Of a stretch of DNA of 64,000 bases, positions 58,843-64,000 are shown in pieces. A program made the position numbers and the translations under genes. Numbering within the stretch: position 1 is the stretch's first letter; each line of letters begins with the position of its first letter. Source of the stretch: Histomonas meleagridis 2922-C6/04-290x (Eukaryota; Protista; Parabasalia). Below the pieces are notes generated by a model, which searched no databases, was not told the DNA's origin, and saw only the letters and a program-made list of their open reading frames with translations. The stretch lies in the NCBI GenBank assembly GCA_020184695.1, contig JAANOX010000207.1:62001-126000 (forward strand), read 5' to 3'.

Positions 58843-59533
58843 AGTCTCTAAATTTTGTAACGTATTATTTTTAACGTTCGATATAACGATATGATTTTTC
58901 AGGTAATAACGATTTAATTTGTTGAATTTTCAATCAGAATTAAAAAAGTGTCGTTTTTTCGGGAGTAAAAATCAACTTCTGAACTTTTCATCTTTTAAAA
59001 GAAGTTAAGGTGAAAAAATCACTGATGGGGATTGTTCATTTATGGGCCAAAGTAAGTATTAGTGGATACATAGTTTAAGAATATTTTGGATTTTTCTCAA
59101 ATAAATTTTATCAAAATACCTAATTTAAAAATCTGCTTTGTGAAATTTCAGAATATAATTTAACGAATTAAATTAAAAATTTTAGCTTCGAATTTCGTAA
59201 TATTCGCATCAATTCAATTTTGATCAATCATTTGTGCTATCATATAGTAAGATCCTTTTAATTTAATATATATGTTGAGAAGAAATTTAATGAAATTATT
59301 CATCAAATTTAATTTTTTTTTCATATGGCACTAATTCCTATCAATGGAAAAAATTTAACAAAGAGATTTCAAAATGGTACACATCATTATATAGAGCATA
59401 AGTCAGTGCTTCGTACAGAACGCACGATAACGATTTGCAATTTCAATTTGAGATCTGAGAAATAACACCAAAAGAAAGAGCCGCATTGCGCATTGGCGGT
59501 AAGCAACAAAAACATTTCTAATTGTACAATTTT

Positions 59534-61432
59534 TTATTTCTTTTTCGGTTCCTTCTCCATTGACAACTTCATCATTTCAGTTGTGTCTGGTAACTCGGGG
59601 AATGTTGTTATCAGTTCCTGTATCTCCTTCACCTCCTGGAATTGGTATCTCAAGTTTTGGAATCTTTCGACCAATTTCAACAAACTCACGCATGCTTGAC
59701 ATTTCTGGACGTTTGTCAACCCCTCGATCTTATTCGGGTATGAGTTTTGTACGTATATTAAATCTCTTTGTAAACTTCCGATGAATGGGACACATGGCTC
59801 ATTTGAGTGGACATGTTCGAGAACCTCGCGATAGTTATGGAAATCGTTTTGGAACATACATAACTCTACGAGCTGTTCATATTGTTTCTTCATTGGTCTT
59901 GCTAATAATTTCAATGATGCCTTCACTGTTTCCTTCATACGCAACACAGATCGATGCGTTAAGGCGCAGACAACTGTAAAGACTCCATGAAAGTTGTTCA
60001 TTTCGCGAAATGCAATTGCTGTTTCGACCCAATGTTTGAAAACTTTAGCTCTTTCCTTCACATCTTCACCTTGGATAACAGTTAGTTGGACGTATCGCGA
60101 AAACATATCGAAGTGTTCAGTTAATTCATCGACATTTTGGGAGCCTCCTTTTTTAGTGCCCCAAATCATTGTCAATAACTCTAACGAGCCAATACGACAA
60201 AAGATAGCGTTGTGTAGTATGGATGCTTGCCTCGCGAGCTCGACTGGGTCAACGTCCAGTATCGTCTTGGGAAGTTCATCGCCGATAATCGGTTGCGGAG
60301 CGGCTACGGAGGTTTTTCTGACGGTTTTGATTTCTTTGCCACGTAAACCGTCGAGAGACGATGAGAGAACGTTAACTTGCATCTTGCAATTAGGATCGTT
60401 TTCAATGACTTTAAGGAACTCATGTAAGGCATGGATCATGTCATCTGTGAATTGGCTTGGTGACATCTTAGACCATGATGATAAAATACGGACAACACGG
60501 ACACGTACTTGTTTAAGCTCTTCTTCTGACTTGATATTGGACTCGGGAACTGTGATGTCGCAATAATAACGAGTCAAAAGAGCAGCAAGAAGTTTGGGTG
60601 GTGTTGAAAATGATGAAAATGTCATCAGAAACATCTTTTGAAATTCAATGTTGGGCGAATCTGGAGATGTAAGGAAGAGGATAAGTTGATTAAAGGAGGC
60701 AGCTTGTGGTTGTGTACTATCTCCAATATATTCTGATTTCTCCATGAAGACAGCAGTGTTTAAACGCTCTAGTTCATCTTGGGTTTCGCCATGTATGTCT
60801 AATATGTTGTAAAAAAGAACAACTGGATTAACATTTGGATTGATAATTGAAATTCCAAGATCATTCATGCTATTGTCATCATCAGATTGTTCGCCAGAAA
60901 ATGGATTAAGAGATTGAATAAGAGAACTGTGAGGCATTGAAGATGAATGTGGGCATTGCATTTTGGAGAAATCTGTTGTTTTGGCATCAACTTTCCTTAC
61001 TTTCCTATGTTTCTTCCTGTGGGCGTGTCCTTTGTCATGGCTAGACGTAAATGGGTTTAATGACATAACACTTGTTTGTGGTAGAGACATTAAAGTGAAA
61101 AAAGAACCTTGTGAATCATTTTGCTTAGGAAGAGATAATGGAGCTGCTTGGTTTTTGGGTCTTGGTGGTAAAGGTTTTGATAACAAAGGATTGCTTGCTG
61201 GGATTTGAAGGCTTGTAGGAATACCAAGTTGTCCAGAAAACTGTGTTTTTGGAAGGGCGCCAGCTAATGGTGGAGCACCTCCAAGAGGTGGAGCATTCTG
61301 TGGGAAATTTAATTGAGGTATACCAGCCGTGCCAGAAAATTGAGTTTTTGGTAGATTCTGTGCTTGGTGGCTACCCGGAACTGGTGGCCTTTTTTTTTGG
61401 GCTGACTTTGCTGCTTCGGAGTTTGGTTCCAT
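59534..61432 (-). CDS. RasGEF (REM + CDC25 domains) with Pro-rich N-terminus
   Basis: FLMTFSSFSTP..LL..LL.RY, RVVRILSSW, ELARQ, NNFHG, PCVPFIG and D L.Y. Confidence 0.92.
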   Translation of the reverse strand: MEPNSEAAKSAQKKRPPVPGSHQAQNLPKTQFSGTAGIPQLNFPQNAPPLGGAPPLAGALPKTQFSGQLGIPTSLQIPASNPLLSKPLPPRPKNQAAPLSLPKQNDSQGSFFTLMSLPQTSVMSLNPFTSSHDKGHAHRKKHRKVRKVDAKTTDFSKMQCPHSSSMPHSSLIQSLNPFSGEQSDDDNSMNDLGISIINPNVNPVVLFYNILDIHGETQDELERLNTAVFMEKSEYIGDSTQPQAASFNQLILFLTSPDSPNIEFQKMFLMTFSSFSTPPKLLAALLTRYYCDITVPESNIKSEEELKQVRVRVVRILSSWSKMSPSQFTDDMIHALHEFLKVIENDPNCKMQVNVLSSSLDGLRGKEIKTVRKTSVAAPQPIIGDELPKTILDVDPVELARQASILHNAIFCRIGSLELLTMIWGTKKGGSQNVDELTEHFDMFSRYVQLTVIQGEDVKERAKVFKHWVETAIAFREMNNFHGVFTVVCALTHRSVLRMKETVKASLKLLARPMKKQYEQLVELCMFQNDFHNYREVLEHVHSNEPCVPFIGSLQRDLIYVQNSYPNKIEGLTNVQKCQACVSLLKLVERFQNLRYQFQEVKEIQELITTFPELPDTTEMMKLSMEKEPKKK

Positions 61433-62214
61433 AAATAACTTGAGTTATTTATTAATTCAATTTTTCTATGCATAGAAAAGTTAAATATCTGACAACTTTT
61501 CAATTGAAAAAAACCACTTTTTGGTTCTATCACCCCTTCAGACCAATTACATTGTCACTTTTTTATTTGTTTCATTGAAAAAAATATTTTTTTTTAAGTA
61601 AATAACTTAGAAACATCACATTTTAAATATGGATGAGAAGTAAGAAACTCGTTTGTGTGGTTGAAATGAGAAAAAAATGAGAAAACTAGTCGATTTTCAT
61701 GTTTTATTGGATTGAATGAACGCCGCTGTCAGAAAAATTTGAGAGTCCGGACTCACAAATTTCAGAAAATAATTATTTCAAAAAAAGTGACAAAAGTGAT
61801 ATGTGTCAAACGTTCCGAAACGTTTCAAGAAAGAACGTTTAAGCATTATGACAATTTTTTATAACAATAATTTTCATGAATGATATTATTAACATTTATT
61901 TGTTCGATTTAGATTTTCTTAAAATTCATTATCTCAAAGTAATGTCTGGGAATTATTGATGACAACACTTTAATTACACTATGCTGTAGCATCTTAAGTG
62001 AGCTCAAACAGAAGAAAAATGGTAATGAGACACAATATGCATTAATAATAATTTTTTTATGATAAAAAATTGGTTTATAGCTTTAAAATGAGTAAAATTT
62101 TTGAACTATCAAAAAATTGACCTCCATAGGGATCTGTCCCCCTGATTTCCGAATAAAGCCATTATTCTTTGAAAAAGGAAACAAATTAAAACCGCGCTTT
62201 TTTATTTGAATGAA

Positions 62215-62796
62215 TCAAATTAAGTTGCATTTGAAACTCTTCTTCTTCTTAGGTTTAGTTTTTGTTTTCTCTTCTTGAGTTTTTTGAGGACAATTTTGAC
62301 AAACAATTTGTCTAGCAAGGGTAACAAATGCTTCTTCGATATTCAGATTCGACAATGCAGAAGTTTCAAAGAAAGATGCACCGAACTTACCTGCAAGCTC
62401 TTCGCCTTCGATTTTGCTTATTACTCTTTTGTCTTCAAGATCACATTTATTCCCGCATATAACTATTGGGATTTTGTTTGTTCCTTTTGTTCTTATGATA
62501 TCATTATAGAATTCCTCAGCTTCTTCGAAGGATGAACGATCATCAATGGAATAAACAATAATAAATCCTTTTCCTTGTCTCATATAAGAAGTTCGCATTG
62601 GTGCAAAGTCACCCTGACCAGCAGTATCAAGAATATCAAGTTGTACATTTTGATCATCGACAAGAAGAACTCTTCGATATGAATCTTCAATTGTAGGATC
62701 ATAATCAGTTATGAAATAACCTTGAACAAATTGAATTGTTAGTGCAGATTTACCAACACCACCTGACCCAAAAACAACTATCTTGCAATCAGCCAT
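62215..62796 (-). CDS. Ras-family GTPase
   Basis: GSGGVGKSALTIQF, YDPTIEDSY, DTAGQ, NKCD, SAL and CAAX (CNLI). Confidence 0.95.
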   Translation of the reverse strand: MADCKIVVFGSGGVGKSALTIQFVQGYFITDYDPTIEDSYRRVLLVDDQNVQLDILDTAGQGDFAPMRTSYMRQGKGFIIVYSIDDRSSFEEAEEFYNDIIRTKGTNKIPIVICGNKCDLEDKRVISKIEGEELAGKFGASFFETSALSNLNIEEAFVTLARQIVCQNCPQKTQEEKTKTKPKKKKSFKCNLI

Positions 62797-63075
62797 AAAA
62801 ATAATGATGTGTTAAGTCCATAGAAAATTGTGTATTCAATTTTCAATATAAAACGATTAAAATTGCCAAAAAATGCAACGCTGCAATTTCTGACACGTGC
62901 AAATGATGAACAAGGTGTCAAAAAATGCACAATAAACGAGAATGTTGGCAACTAAAAAAATTCAGCTTTTCTCCAGCGTTTTTGCTAAAGAATGGTTTTA
63001 ACGAATCTTTAGTGAGCACAATTCATTAAGATGGAAGAGCAAACATTGTTTGTTTTTAAAAATGTAATTTTTATT

Positions 63076-63612
63076 TTATTTTGACATATTTTCCCACATT
63101 TCCTTGGTCATTACTGAAACATGGCATTTTTTGTATTCATTTAATCGGCTATTGTAATCATTATCAATTGAATGATGATACACAAATCCACTTTTTTCTT
63201 GGACTCTTTTGGACTTTATGTTGCCATCGTGATATTTACACCAAATTTTATTGAGGTGTAATTCCTCAAATCCATAACGTAGCATTTCATTTGTTGCTTC
63301 CGGAATTAAACCTTGTCCCCAAAATGGAACACCAATCCAATACCCGATTTCTCCTTCATTTTCTTCATATAATTCATTATTGAAATGTATTTCGATACAA
63401 CCAACTGGTTTCCCTATTGTTTTAAGTATCACTGCAAAACACCCTTTTGAAGAAAGTATTGTTGTAATACATTCGCGGCTTTCCTCAAGACTTTTATGTG
63501 GTTCCCATCCTGCAGACGGACCAATTCTTGGATCTTTTGCATACTCATACAAAGATTCTGCATCATCAATATTCCAATGCCTTAGTATTAGCCTTTCTGT
63601 CTCTAGTTGCAT
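63076..63612 (-). CDS. RimJ/RimL-type GNAT N-acetyltransferase, bacterial-like
   Basis: LETERLILR, GEIGYWIG.PFWGQGL..EA and N..S.RVQEK.GF. Confidence 0.9.
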   Translation of the reverse strand: MQLETERLILRHWNIDDAESLYEYAKDPRIGPSAGWEPHKSLEESRECITTILSSKGCFAVILKTIGKPVGCIEIHFNNELYEENEGEIGYWIGVPFWGQGLIPEATNEMLRYGFEELHLNKIWCKYHDGNIKSKRVQEKSGFVYHHSIDNDYNSRLNEYKKCHVSVMTKEMWENMSK

Positions 63613-64000
63613 GATTATTTATATTTTTAAAATTATGATTTGGCAAATTAAGCACAGAAAACATGCGACTTTTTGATAATAAATGAAGCAAAAATTGAAT
63701 ATATTTCCAACTATTTATACTGAAAAAGTTTACTCATTTTGAAATTTGTTTCCAGCTGAAAAAAAAAAAAAATTATAATGCAAATAGTAAAAAATATTTT
63801 TTTTTATCAACTTCATAATGAAAAACAAAAATTAATATATGAAAATACAATTTTATTTTAGAATGAAAACGAATCTTCTTCATCCGATCCGAAAAATGAA
63901 TCATTTTGATGCCTAATTAGCATTTCGAGTTGCGACTGCATTTCTCTTGCCTGCTCGTTTTCAGGGTCCAATTGCAGAGCGTTTGTGATGTATTCGAGCG

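Noticed and set aside
59493-61434. Plus-strand ORFs overlapping the RasGEF, and similar shadow ORFs over the kinase, PLD, BEACH-like and 49391 genes
   Set aside because: Antisense or alternate-frame shadows of well-supported genes with no recognisable motifs.

Overview
AT-rich eukaryotic DNA, almost certainly from a parabasalid (trichomonad, Tritrichomonas-like by inference). The evidence is an initiator-binding-domain gene, DUF3447/ankyrin and BspA-like genes, a hydrogenosomal-type presequence and intronless housekeeping genes. About 25 ordinary genes are present, including HID1-like, Cdc20/Fizzy, polo-like kinase, PPR, Ind1-like, C2, Rab, PLD3-like, a kinase, BEACH-like, RasGEF, Ras and GNAT. 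The window also holds decayed BEACH, surface-protein and possible dynein fragments, a ~875-bp (TTA)n tract and a rearranged internal duplication. The main signal is six ankyrin-repeat loci in which each ~30-codon ankyrin module is separated from the next by an AT-rich intervening sequence at one fixed position. I hand-counted 40 of these inserts: 30 are exactly 80 nt, one is 83, one is 100, and eight are 60/63/66 nt. The 80-nt class breaks the frame, lacks consistent GT-AG ends and keeps its length even when its sequence has diverged and gained stops. The flanking ankyrin modules stay open, and removing the inserts yields complete genes with start, caps and stop. This points to an unrecognised excision or bypass mechanism acting on a diversified, DARPin-like ankyrin repertoire. 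The mechanism is an inference and needs RNA and protein data.
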